This document shows, one piece after another, positions 39,641 to 51,954 of a DNA stretch of 64,000 nucleotides (position 1 is the stretch's first letter; every line of letters begins with the position of its first letter). Both the position numbers and the translations under genes were made by a program. The notes under the pieces were generated by a model. The model was not told the DNA's origin and made no database searches. It was given only the letters and a program-made list of their open reading frames with translations. The stretch spans positions 1,187,710 to 1,251,709 of the forward strand of contig NW_018404481.1 in assembly GCF_002113885.1 (NCBI RefSeq). The letters run 5' to 3'. The DNA comes from Mizuhopecten yessoensis (Eukaryota).

Positions 39641-39879
39641 GACATTTCAGCAGCATTGTAAAATAATATATGGTAACACTTTGTTTTCATGAATATTTCT
39701 TTTCGTGTTTTAATTTTCTTCCATTACCTTTAATATGGAGATTTAAATTGATGAAAGTAGCAATGACCCCCAGAACTTGAATCATAATTTCCGGATATAT
39801 GTAGTGATTGAATTGAATTTTTCCCAGTTAGATAAAATTTTGTTTTTTCCACACCAAAGTTGATTTTTTATCATGACAG

Positions 39880-40722
39880 ACTTGTCCAAGGAACATTGCT
39901 GATCGAGTCAACTTAGGGTTAATACCCTCCTCAGAAGAGGGATGGCCTGTAGCATGCAGAGCGCTGAGGTCTACTGGGGGCTACCTTCATATCCATAGCA
40001 ACGTCACTTCAAAGCATTCCAGTAACCCAGACTGCAGTGTTAACCTTGACAACAACACAGACAAGTCTGATTCTCCAATATGTTTGAAATGTGGAAATGC
40101 AATTCATGTCAATTTCAAACACAGTTCAGATATTGGAAAAGGAAATAATAATTTGCAAGGAAATCATGAAGAACAACAGAGATATCAATGTTATGATCGA
40201 GTCAACACTGATGATTTAACCAATAGCAACTGTGATGCATCAAAAGACAAAGATGCTTTAGAGACAGAATTGAGCACAGAGGAACCTGTGGTAATGGCTG
40301 TCAGAGATGAGAATAGCTACAGCAACAGTTATATTTATGATAATGACAGTCTGTCTAGGAGTCTTTGTGATATAGACAATTTGTCAAGGGAGAAAACTAG
40401 GAGTGACCATGAGACCTTAGAAGAAACAAAAGCCTCAGGTCGTAGAGCCACTTACCGAAGTCATACATCTGTGGAAATAACATGTACATGTACAAATAAA
40501 ACCAGCAAAAGTTCTGCCTCGAAAATCAGTAGAAAAGACTGGAATCTCTGGGCAGAGGGTGTCGCCAAGACAATATCACAGCTGTGCACCCAGGTCCACA
40601 AAGACAATAATCAATGGACGGCCAGAATTGATCACATCGAGCATGTCAAGTCGTACGCTCCGCATATTGACCATCTAGTGCTTGATCTGGAATGTCGACC
40701 AGTGATATCGATGGAGAATTAA
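39880..40722 (+). CDS. TRMT12: TRMT12 last exon
   Basis: ADRVNLGLIPSSEEGWPVAC..GGYLHIHSNV..[insert]..VKSYAPHIDHLVLDLECRP; total CDS 1701 nt = 566 aa plus stop. Confidence 0.93.
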   Translation, partial: TCPRNIADRVNLGLIPSSEEGWPVACRALRSTGGYLHIHSNVTSKHSSNPDCSVNLDNNTDKSDSPICLKCGNAIHVNFKHSSDIGKGNNNLQGNHEEQQRYQCYDRVNTDDLTNSNCDASKDKDALETELSTEEPVVMAVRDENSYSNSYIYDNDSLSRSLCDIDNLSREKTRSDHETLEETKASGRRATYRSHTSVEITCTCTNKTSKSSASKISRKDWNLWAEGVAKTISQLCTQVHKDNNQWTARIDHIEHVKSYAPHIDHLVLDLECRPVISMEN

Positions 40723-41079
40723 AATAAGATATGATACGTACATTTTGTACTTCAATGTATTTTTTATTTCTGGCATTAATTTTCAACATTTTTCCCATTC
40801 ACACTTTCATTTTATTTAAGACCTCTACAGTAGAGCTTCGTAAATCCAGTCACCACTATTTATCTTTAGAACCAGTGTTTGAGATAAGCTCATTTTTATG
40901 CAAAATTCTCCCAGTTACCGGTAATCCATTTTTTCAAAATCTGACTGGATTATAAAGAGCTCCACAATATACATGTCCTGACATTTTGGTTTCTGAGAAA
41001 TCGGGACTTCTTCTTGATATTTGAAACAAAAGTTATCATTATAGAACGAATGGGAAGTTGGATACAAAATAGGCATGTG

Positions 41080-41492
41080 TTTGTCAGATCCTAAAACCTA
41101 AATACGAGTGTTAACCTGATCTAAGTATGTGTCAGATCCTAAATATGAGTGTCAGATCCTAAATATGAGTGTCAGATCCTAAATATGAGTGTTTGATCCT
41201 AAATGCAAGTGTCAGATTCTAAATAGGATTGTTTGTCTGATCCTTAATTTGAGTTTTTGTCAGATTCTGGATATAAGGCTAATTGTCAGATCCTAAAAAT
41301 GAGTGACAGATCCTTAATATAAAGTGTGAAACATCCTAAAACATTAGTATTTATCAGATCCTAAATATAAGTACCTACTGTGTAAGATCCTAAATATATT
41401 TGTGAGATTCTGAATATGTACATCTCTGTCAATTAGATCCTAAATATGACCATCATATCCTAAATATAATTGGTCTGTCAGATCCTAAATGA
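41080..41492. repeat. Degenerate ~20-bp minisatellite (GTCAGATCCTAAATATGAGT)
   Basis: Core CAGATCCTAAAT recurs many times between the convergent TRMT12 and Kelch 3' ends. Confidence 0.85.
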
Positions 41493-41697
41493 GCGTGTTC
41501 ATATGCCTTTTTGAATAGAATGATTTTGAAGTCATGTTTCAAAATTTCAAAATATTTATATACCAGTTATTACATTTGACATCAGAAAGTATTTCATATT
41601 GACATATAATTAAATTTATTAAAAACTGTCGGAGATATAAGAATGAGGATGCTTAACTTTTGCCTCGGGAGGCTGCAAGTCAGGGGTATGTCCCTGC

Positions 41698-43537
41698 TCA
41701 CCATAGGAATGTTGATTGTCTGTGATTGTCCATGACGTTTTTAGAGATGACGAGATTGTGACATTTACAGGCACTTGGTAGAAAGAGAGCTTTGCCCACA
41801 AGAGTGGCTACCTCCTTTGTGCACAGGTCAAACTCTGCAATACCTTTGGTCAGAACAGAATTATCACAGTCCGAATCCCCAACCATTGTACCCAGGAAAT
41901 ACAGTGATTGTGCCCTAGAGACAAAACCTGCTAGAGTTCCCTCCCTTTCAAAGGTGTGCAATTCCTCAAGATACATTCCATCTTTCTCCCGACTCTCTCC
42001 GTAAAATCGCCATATTTTCCTTGCATTTGTTAGATATATATCATCCCCGTATCCGTAAGCATGTAGCCAGTTAAAACTCTGCCCTATCGGTAGAACACAG
42101 TCTAGAACTGTACATTCATTGGTAGTTGTATCAAAACACTGTATGATATCACACACATTGTCGGGGTCTTCCAAGCTGATGCCACTGAAGATAAAGATGT
42201 TTGTTTTTGAGATCGCTGCAGTTGCCTTGGCGACAGGGCGACACAGAGAACCACACTCCTCCCAGTTCCCATCTTCACTTGAGGAGAAAGTGTACATAAT
42301 TACAGACCTCAGGATCTCCATGCTGCTGTTCCAAGAGTCGTTCTCCCTATATCCCCCGAGGACATATACACTTTGCCTCACTACCACCATACAGTGGTGT
42401 TTTCTGGCCTCTTCCATGTAGGGTAGAGTGGTCCAGTTATTCTTTATTCCATTATATTGGAGGAAGTCGTTATGTCCTGTCAGGAGTAGACGTGTTTGTG
42501 TATAGGTACATGTCTGGTAGCCTGCTGTCACCTGTCCGGGGGGAATCAGCTGCTGCCATGTTTTGTCACCGTAATGATAGCACCAAAATTCCTCACTGTG
42601 AGAATAATTCTCAAAATAAACCCAACACCACTAGCACTTTCTCACGGTCATAGCACGGCCGGAATTCACTTCGTACAGAATGGAAGTCGGCTTGAATGCC
42701 AAGATTTTCTGAAAACGATCTTGTTTCATCCATTAGACTTTGTAGAGCTGTCTCCTGAAAAAATGGAAATTTTTCTTCAATAAATTGCATTTTCAACAAT
42801 GGAAAATGAACATTATGGAATACTTCATATAGAAGTTCCTTTCTTTCAGTTAGATTGAACTGAAACCACTTAGTCACAGCCATGCAAACAAATGCTTCTG
42901 TGCTTGCTTTCAACTTCTGGTGAGAAATAAGGCAAATCAAGTCCTGACTTTCAAGTTCGAGAAAGTCTGCCGTTTTTGCAAATTTACAGAAGTTTTGTAG
43001 TACATAGCTTTGACATGCGCACTGTAAGTTCGTTAGCTGAGGGAAATCTTCCTTTGAGGTTTTCCATAAACTGCACACATTATCCAGATTAATCGCATTG
43101 CTTAAAGTTTGTTCACAAATTGCCTGTAGCGACTCTATTTGGAAATATACAGCTAAAGGCAACAAATCAACAGTATCGCCTACGCTTGTCACCTTGCCAT
43201 TGTAGATAAAATCAAGCATTTTTTTGATGAGGTTATCTTCAAAAACACCCAAATTAATTTCGTCTTGCTCACTTTCTTTCATTCCAATTGTGAACATAGA
43301 TTTGAAGAAAGCAGAAAATGAGCTGAGGATGACCTTGTGGCATGGAAATCGCTGTTGTTTGGTGACAAGTGTTACGTCACAGAACTGACCATTCTGGAGA
43401 AAAGTAGAAAATCCATCTATTAAGACAGAATGATGTTTTTGACCGATGAACTCAACGTCACTATCGGATAACTTGTCTTGTACCTCTTTCTCTACAGTTG
43501 CAGAGGATTTCTCTGATGTTCCTTCCGCCATTATCAT
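41698..43537 (-). CDS. Intronless BTB-BACK-Kelch (KLHL-like) protein, ~612 aa if the single +1 frameshift at 42611-42616 is bridged; otherwise a pseudogene or a truncated 308-aa product
   Basis: BTB (FCDVTLV..FPCHKVILSSFSAFFKSMFT..MKES), BACK (FLEL..AVTKW), Kelch (VYVLGG..W) motifs in two frames joined at GGT TTA TTT TGA G. Confidence 0.85.
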
Positions 43538-44815
43538 TAGAATGTTTAATTCAGTCTAATATTGCCTGTCATGCACCTCTTTGCAATTGTTAAGCAAAGA
43601 TAAAGTTTGTATTTCATTTTCAAAATTTTCAAATATCCACTTAACTTATGTTAAAATGTATAAATGCCACACACAAGTACATATTGCCGTTATTAAAATG
43701 TCTGAATTTTAAACAGCCTTGAAAGATGATTGGTGGTGTCTGAATTTACGAATGTTTCCTGGGCCATCAATTCATTATCATCATCTCGTTATTGCCTTCT
43801 TCTTTCAGGTAATGTTGATTTTCATTCACTTTAGAGAAAACGTTGACCATGAAGAAAGCATGCATGCACTGAAAAAGCAAAAAATAATATAAGAAAAATA
43901 AATAAATTTCTGTAAATAACATGTAAACCTTATTTCATACAAATACATTCGAACACATAGGCTACATTCGCGTATCCCGGTTGAAACGGTACGTGTGGCG
44001 CAGAAATTTCCGATAAACGAACACACTTGGACCGTTCTATAAGCAGAGCTAAAAATCCACAGTTTCGGAGAATAAAAAACAGTGTTTCAAGAATATTATG
44101 ACCTTCTTTCATCCGTCCACTGAATTACATAACGTGTCTTAAAAACTACATGTGTCTTGGCATTGTTTTAGAAAGAAATAACGCAAATTGGCAATAGTCA
44201 GCATTTTAGTTTCGGTCAGGTACGTCTGGACCCCTCAATCTACACGTGCCAAATTTTCCTGAGGTCAGCCTCGGTCCAGATCTGTACCTGTCGTTTTCTT
44301 TACAGGTTTAACCGGTTCAACCGTTTCAACCGGTAACGTGAATGTACCCATATATTACCTTTGAAATTTACATATCAAGAATCTAGATTATATTCGGAAA
44401 AGTATATTTCAACTTTCAACAAGTATACTTTTTTCAAAGGTATGCTTGACTTCAATACAAGTATTTTATCACAGTATATATTACTCCCTTCTATATTTTA
44501 CACACAAAATAGAGAAAGCAGAGACAAGGTATATCAGGGTAGGCTTGCCCTTTCATCAGATGATGACCAAACCTTCGTGTGAGGGATAATCCTCAATTTG
44601 GATAAACAGTGACTGTTTACAGTAACGATTTTATTACTGAAAGTGAAAATATAAAACAAAGTTCTTTTGAAATATTAGGAACGAAAAGGGCATCATTCTT
44701 TCAACATTATCCTGACCACATGCAAGTAAGTTTAATATTTTCTTCAATTTTGTAGCCAACCATGAATTACTTGATATCATTGGTGAAATTATTGTTTACT
44801 ACCGGGTATTAATAA

Positions 44816-45284
44816 GTAGCCGAACTGGACTAGGCCAATTGTTGGCGAACAGGTAGAGCATCTGCTTCATTTAGTGTTTAGTGCTTCATTTAGTGTTGGT
44901 GCGTGGGTTGTAGTGAAAATGGAAAAACTAGACGTAGCCGAACTGGACTGGGTCGATGGTTGGCGACTAGGTAGCTAAATCGGTAGAGCATCTGCCTCAT
45001 GAGTTCAGAGAGTTGTGGGTTTGAATCCTGGTCTAGCTGTGCATTTCTCTTTCTATTACACAATTAGCGAGCTTGTCAACCCTTGATTAACCACAACCTA
45101 CCCTGGGTTGTAAATATTTGTGTCTTTGGGAGACAAAGACTAGGAAAAAGGGGGGGTGGGAGTATGTAGTGAAACTAGGGTCGATTGCCGGCAACCAGGA
45201 AGCTCCATTGATAGCGTGTCTGTCTAGAGTTTGGAGGGTTCCAGATTCACGTCCCAGTCTAGTTCACTCTTTCTCCTATTACCA
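44816..45284 (+). mobile_element. Degenerate tRNA-containing TRIM (partial LTR, LTR, internal region, PPT, LTR)
   Basis: GTAGCCGAACTGGACT at 44816 and 44935; internal CTGGGTTGTAAATA.TTGTGTCTT; purine tract; second LTR from ~45165. Confidence 0.7.
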
Positions 45285-45532
45285 GTGTTAACTAGATAAT
45301 AAACAAAAATTATTGTTGTTGTCAATTAGATAATTATGTTCAACCTGTCCGGCTCAGATATTGATTCCCAACACTAGTATGTACATTTCTCTGCACTTAA
45401 TTGCTTATGATAATTAAAACAAAGTTGTCAATGTCCTTTATTAAATAAAATGAGATTTTGTTATCCAATGATAGCAATGATTAGCTCTTAGGGGCATCCT
45501 TCCAAGTGACAGATGAAAATGCATGTTAATTC

Positions 45533-45918
45533 TGTAGCGGAAATGGACTGGGTCGATCCTCAACGACCTGAGGTAGCTCAATTAATTGAGCGTCCATCTA
45601 GAGTTCAGTGTCCCAGGATCAAACCACAGGCTGGCTGTGCATTTTTCTATCTCCTGTTACAGTGGTGCCTGTGACCAACCCTTGTTACAAGCACTGGATG
45701 CACTCCGTGGCTTGGCAAGTGGATAACTAAACCTGGGTTGTAAATAGTTGTGTCTTCAGGGGCTAAGACTTAGAGAAAGGAGGGAAGAATGTAGTGAACT
45801 GGACTGGGTTGATCTTCGGCGACCCAAGTAGCTTAATTGGTTTAGCGGTCGTCTCGAGTGTGGTGGAACCCAGGTTGGAACCCCGGACTGGCAGTGCATT
45901 TTTCTATCTCCTGTTAAA
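45533..45918 (+). mobile_element. Complete TRIM with tRNA-like sequence in both LTRs (Helenus-like)
   Basis: LTR1 45533-45661 (TG...CA), PBS TGGTGCCTGTGACC, PPT AGAGAAAGGAGGGAAGAA, LTR2 45790-45918, 4-bp TSD ATTC (45529-45532, 45919-45922). Confidence 0.88.
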
Positions 45919-47094
45919 ATTCAATTTATAAGGCTTGTTCCAAATTTCTATTCTTTTATGTTAAAACAAAATTGGGGGATGAATGATATGTTAGAAAAAA
46001 ATCTCGATTGCGTGTTTAAGTAAAATACTGGTTACCTGTTCTTGTTTTGTGTAGTACCTTAGACTTGAAGCTGATAATGTTTTATAAGACAGTGAGATTT
46101 AAAGAAAAATGTATTCATTTTGTAGTGATTGTCAGTTAATTAATTGTCTTATTATTTTGTAATGATTTGTAGTTTGATCGCATTATTAAAATATTAATTT
46201 AATTCAAGAAATGTATTTGTAGAAATATATACCATAAGGAATTTTGTACACAGTACACTGAAAGCAATGCAGTGATAACGTTTGTCATTTTTATAAAACT
46301 TTAGAAATAAGTATTAATATATATTTGTGCAAAATTGTAGACTACTGAACCTTATTGTATGCCATGGAACCCTAAGTATCATGATATTCATAACTTATTG
46401 GATTATGTCGATAAAATGACGCCCTTTTTGCTACAGTTTTTACTTTATTAACACAAGTTACGTGACGGTATTTAGAGGGTATTTTTGAACATACTTCAAA
46501 TTTATTCACCAAAAGAATTGGTAGTCTACGTTGAAGACATCAATTATACATCGACGAACCTTCCGTCCTAGTTTACGCCCTGAGCTAAAAGAAAATCATT
46601 ATCTGATTCTGAATTATGTACGGCATGGGAAAGAATCTCTCCACTGCCCATAAAAGATTTCAGTCTCCTCACATTTGCATTCTGTTTTGTGATCGATACC
46701 AACAAAGCCTCCCTTAATGAGACATCATTATCTTCAGGGGTTGAGGCGGAACAGGCATCTGGCGTCCTTGGAGACATCAGTAAATGGGAGATAACTCGAA
46801 TAGTTTTGACCAAATTATAGGTAGCACAACATCAATAAAATAATATCAAAAATGGTTGCGTTTCGAAGAGAATAATCAAATTCTGTATAGTTTTTATGAC
46901 AATGTTTTGTTTGCTAAATGCTTTTATTTCTTAAAGTACAATTTAGATAAGGTAAAGAATGCCATTAAGTTAAAATATATTACCACGACCATATTTTTTC
47001 GAAATCGACAAAATATTATGTACTTGCTTATAAAGCGTAATTTAAAAGGATTTAAAAGGATAATTGATGGACGCAGGCATATACTGCCTCTATG

Positions 47095-47432
47095 TCCATA
47101 TAAGTAATATTACAATTTGTAAACAAATTATTTGTTACTTCCGCTAACGAAATATGTCCAGCCAAGTGATTATATTTTAGATCAAAATTATTCCAATAAT
47201 AGTCAAGTCCAATTTCAAATTCCCTGATTATGGTTGCTTGTACGACCTCACCAGGAAGACTATTCCAAACGTCCACAGACCGAAGATCAAAGGAGTATTT
47301 CCGGATGTCAAGTACATGCAATACTTTTGTCTTTAACTTCCCCGAATGACCTCTTGTTCGCCGTGAAGTGTCTTAATCGAAAATTCCTGTGGTAACTGCA
47401 CTATCGTGGAAGTTGTTTAATATTTTGTAGAC
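47095..47432 (-). mobile_element. CR1-type LINE 3' fragment
   Basis: TRGH..K and LDIRKYSF..RSVDVWNSLPGEVV..F...LD..W, typical of the CR1 ORF2 C-terminus. Confidence 0.75.
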
Positions 47433-47824
47433 ATGATCTTTTGTAATAAACATAAATTCATGACGTCAATTTCTTTAATATTTGAAAAGCGACAGTATTA
47501 CTATATACACTTTGAAACACTACTGCAATGGATGTTTTTTATGGATGTTTTTTTTAGGGAAAGCGAAGATCATGTCTTTTTTGAAGAGAATACATTTAAC
47601 GTGTATTTAGAATATTATTGAAAAATAAATTGTCAATATTCCAATGATACCAAGCGTTTTTTGCACATCCACTAGAAAGATAAGTTTTGCTACGAAAATA
47701 TTAAGTTGGTCGATTATTCGATATCGAGAACTTCCAACCCTTCTAGTGCATAATTGGTACGGGGTCATATTTTTTACCTAGTGTTGATCTAAACCCTTAA
47801 ACCAAATACTACTCAATACATCAG

Positions 47825-48057
47825 GATCACAGGGACCTGATACATGTAATTTATTTGTTACAGTTATATTAGCACCTAAACTGGGATGTTTAGAGAAATT
47901 TTTCACGTGTAATGGGTTTAGATAAAGTTTCGTATACACCATCATTCGGGGTGGCATTTTTACCGAAACTTGATCCCAATAAAACGTGTAAAATTACTCT
48001 GAACACCCCAGTTCAGGTCCAAATATAGCTGTAACAAATTCTCAGGTCCCTGTGATC
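47825..48057. mobile_element. MITE with ~70-bp TIRs
   Basis: GATCACAGGGACCTGA..TTGTTACAG.TATATT..ACCT.AACTGGG / CCCAGTTCAGGT..AATATAGCTGTAACAA..TCAGGTCCCTGTGATC. Confidence 0.7.
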
Positions 48058-49091
48058 AGGATAGGTCCAAAGTTATAGTGCTACCCGCTGCAATCCGCTG
48101 CAACAATTTCCCAGGTGGTTGCGATTTGGCGCCGACATAAGACTTATAATTAGCGTTGGCATAAGGCTTGCCAATATATTGTACATACCGGCTATAATAT
48201 TAATCTGCATACTAACTAGTTTCAGGGTACGTAGTTACTGCATGGAAAGCAATCAACCAATCAGAATCGAATAATACTATTAGTTGTTCGTTAATATGCT
48301 TGCATCACATTGACGATCGAACGTAACCGGACTTGCCATTATATGTGTGTTGAAATCGAACCATTTTCAGTGCAGTATGGAATGGAAACCCACTCATCTA
48401 ATCAGAAGCAAGTGCACGCATCGACTTTGTGATCGAACATGCATACCAATTCCAGGTGAAATCGGATTTGTTTTAGGTTTCAGGCCAGTAATTGACGGAA
48501 ACTAAGACGGACGAAGGAACAAACACATACTTATATTACCCGTTTTCTATACGAAAACTGATTGTATGAAAATCACCGATCCTGTCAGCACTTAAGACAT
48601 TTCAATAACTTCCTGTTTCAGCGAATAAAAATATCAGTGGCATGTTTATTTGAAATGAAAAAAAAATATATCCTTGTTAAGTGGCGACACTGTGATATGA
48701 ATATATATATAGCTGACACCTTTAATATTGATAGCTTACCGGAGTCCCAGATCCTTATTGTATCTTGTCGACGGTAAGCTTGTCTCACTCAGCTATGCAT
48801 CTCTCGGGGATGCTGTGGGATAAAATCGATTAACGAACGTTGACAATATATCAACGTGTCACCTACTATTTCTATGTAACCGGATAGTGTCACGGTTATA
48901 AACACTGTATGTTATAGTATTTTTTGAATTTCAAATTCGAATTACAATCCAATGAATTCTGAACAATTCCGTAATCATTATGTATTATTTATAGCGTTGC
49001 AGGTTGCAAAACACGGTCTTCAGTATTGTTGATGGTTATAAATCAATAATAACAAAAAAAAATGTTTACAATAACAATTTTATTACTGAGA

Positions 49092-49183
49092 GTAATACTC
49101 AATTGGTATAGTGTCTGCCTAGAGTTTGGAGGGTCCCGGGTTTAAATCCCAGTCTGGCCGTGTATTTCTCTTTCTCCTGTTAG
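49092..49183 (+). mobile_element. Partial solo LTR of the tRNA-containing TRIM
   Basis: CTCAATTGGTATAG..CTAGAGTTTGGAGGGTCCCGGGTTTAAATCCCAGTCTGGCCGTGTATTTCTCTTTCTCCTGTTA. Confidence 0.7.
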
Positions 49184-49454
49184 ACAATGATCTTCAGTAT
49201 GATTTATGTTTAATGTTCATATATGCTATGTTCGAGCTTTTTGCTGTTGCCTGCTGATTCAACTGAGTTGATGCTAGGATGTCTTTCCATTCGTTAACTA
49301 ATAGCTTGAATTGCCACATCATCGATTCAAAGGGATGGTTCACATAGGTCCAAATTGAGAAACTAAATACCTGGCTTTTAAAAAAGGGGATTATTCGTGA
49401 CATTTTTTTTAATTTTGATTGAGGTTCTGTTGTTTTATTGTTTGTTTTGGAATC

Positions 49455-49932
49455 CATCAGTTCTCTATGTTTTCATCTCAGTTCGTATTGTTGTCTCCAG
49501 TTCCTTTTGTTGTCCCTTAAGTTCACATTGTTGTCTCACCAGTTCACATTGTTGCCTCCTTAGTTCCTTTTGTTGTTTCCCCAGTTCACTTTAGTGTATC
49601 CGAAGTTCCCATTGCTCTTTCCGTGTTTCTTGTTGTTGTCTCCCTAGTTCCTGTTGTTGTCCTTTCAATTCCTTTTGTTGTCTCCAGTTCCTTTTGTTAT
49701 CTCCTTAGTTCCCTTTGTTGTCTCCAGTTCCTTATCTCCTTAGTTCCCTTTGTTGTCTCCAGTTCCTTTTGTTATCTCCTTAGTTCCCTTTGTTGTCTCC
49801 AGTTCCTTTTGTTATCTCCTTAGTTCCATTTGTTGTCTCCAGTTCCTTTTGTTGTCCATTCAGTTCCTTTTGTTGCACCCGAAGTTCTCATTGCTCTTTC
49901 TTGTGTTCTTCTTGTTGTCGCCCCAGTTCCCG

Positions 49933-49965
<33 letters not shown>
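49455..49965. repeat. Pyrimidine-rich ~19-22-bp minisatellite (AGTTCCTTTTGTTGTCTCC) ending in (GTT)n
   Basis: Directly visible tandem units; GTT microsatellite at ~49932-49964. Confidence 0.85.
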
Positions 49966-50164
49966 TGTATCGACTGTGATGTGGGATTTCGTCCTCGTGT
50001 TTTGATGATATGGTATACTACATATGAATATCTCATGATAAAATATGAACTTTCAGGTGTTGAAGTGTTTACTAGTTATCATTGTTATGAGTTGGAAATT
50101 GGACACAAAAATACACAGTTAGCTTAGTGACTATGCACAAATTGTTTTCCTTGAATGTCTGTCT

Positions 50165-50570
50165 CATAATTGGACCCATGGCATGCAAGATGCTCAGATA
50201 TCAAGTCCTGTTGCTTTCTTTTGAGAAACCGTTCAATACCTGAACCCATTGTATGCAATTAGCTGGGTGATAAAGGATCGCTTATTTTAATTGAAACACC
50301 GTCCCATACTTGGACCCATGGTATTTAATAAGCTCAGGGATCAATCACTAATTGTTTTCTTTGAAAACATGTCCCATACTTTGACCCTGTGCGTGCAAAA
50401 CTATAAGCTCAGTGATTAATTACAATTTGCTTTTGGTTTTAGTAATGCCCAAATCCTGGACCACCGGCTCGCAATAAGCTCAGAGATCAAGCAACAACTG
50501 GATTCTCTGGGAAAGAATCATATACCATACCGGTATTTTGATCCATGGTATGCAATAGGATCAGCAATCA
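50165..50570. repeat. Old degenerate ~70-bp tandem repeat
   Basis: (T)GGACCCATGG..TGCAATAAGCTCAG..ATCAA recurs about 6 times. Confidence 0.55.
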
Positions 50571-50572
50571 AG

Positions 50573-50712
50573 TTTTCACCCGTTGTCAGTATAATGTGAC
50601 CGGGCGGGATGCTGTGCTGGGTGCCTTCGGCATGGTATTTCCGTGAGACAGCACTATAAAGTCGGCATCAGATCCGCGTTATCACAAGGAGGCAACCAAC
50701 ATACCCTGTCTC

Positions 50713-50751
<39 letters not shown>

Positions 50752-50850
50752 CAAGCATGCATGCACAGCACACAAGGAGGCTCGTCCTAATTGGCTTAGG
50801 TGTTAATAGAACGGTAATCAAAATAAAACCAAAACAAACCAATCAAACCA
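50573..50850 (+). mobile_element. SINE-like repeat with internal (CA)n
   Basis: Matches the 715-1070 and 51397-51680 copies; AAAC tail. Confidence 0.7.
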
Positions 50851-51396
50851 ATTGCTTTGATATTGCATATCTATCATTGCATAAGAGAAAATAGTTTAGT
50901 ATGTTAACATAACGAATCTGTTGCCGTCAGAGCGGCTGAACTCGCGGATTTAAGTTAAATATAGGCAACGCCAGTTAATGATATCGTTTAAACATCTTAC
51001 AGTGATCATATAATTCAGCGGCTTAGATTCAAAGGATGGGGCCTCATTAGGCCGTTTGTGGTTGTTGATGTATGGTTGTCGTGTTTAAAAGATGAGCTAA
51101 CACATTATATAATAAATAAGGTTGACTGTTTTCCTAGGGTTCTTTTAGAATCTTTCGAACCTGTTGCCATTAGCGTAGCCAATCGTATGGATATTGAATC
51201 AATATAGGCAACACCAGGCAATAACGAGTAAGAGTCGTTTAAACATGTTATAAACAGAGAAATTGTGTAGATATGTTTTGGTCTATAGTTTTCAAATCCA
51301 AAGGAGTTTTAAACCTGAGGCAAGCGTCTGATCCTTTGCAAAACTTCATTAACCAGCTGAGGTTTTCTTAAGTTTCATTGTCCCACGGCAAGGAAA

Positions 51397-51680
51397 TTAT
51401 TGTTTAACGTCCTATTAACAGCTAAGGTCGTGCATGTGTGTATGTGTGCCGGAGACAGGGTATGTTGGTGAATTGCCTCCTTGTGATAGCGTGGATATGA
51501 TGCCGACTTTGTAGTGATATCTTACTGAAATACCATGCCGAAGGCACCCAGCACAGCATTCGACCGGGTCACATTATACTGACAACGGGTGAACCATTTG
51601 TTGCCATTCCCCTAAATGCTGAACGTTAAGCAGGGAATAACAACTACCATTTTGAAGGACTTTGGGCGAACGCTCAACAT
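51397..51680 (-). mobile_element. SINE-like repeat, inverted relative to the 50573 copy
   Basis: AATACCATGCCGAAGGCACCCAGCACAGCAT..GTCACATTATACTGACAACGGGTGAA is the reverse complement of 50575-50640. Confidence 0.75.
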
Positions 51681-51954
51681 TAAAGCCAGATGTGAGGTAT
51701 TGCCAAGCAAGGCGCTAGGAAACTAAAGGTAGTTAGAAATAGAAAGATCTTAAATGTTGTAATGGGTGCAGCAGATTTATTTTGGTCGCTTTTGTGTCCC
51801 CAGGTAGAGGGCACAAAAGCCTTACGATACATGCAGTGGGTAACAGCAGGTGTATTCATTTCTCGATCCCAGACCTGCAGAGGTGCACACATAGATAATG
51901 GTTAGAGCGACAGTATAATGATCAGAGGACCAGGGTTCCGGTCTGGGCCCTTGG

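Noticed and set aside
42596-42645. 50-nt GTGAGA...CACAG intron, or -1 slippage on G GGU UUA, as explanations of the Kelch frameshift
   Set aside because: Both lead into the third frame, which stops shortly after; the intron would also delete the conserved VLVVLG segment
49397-50127. Cys/Leu/Val-rich ORFs
   Set aside because: Translations of a minisatellite and (GTT)n
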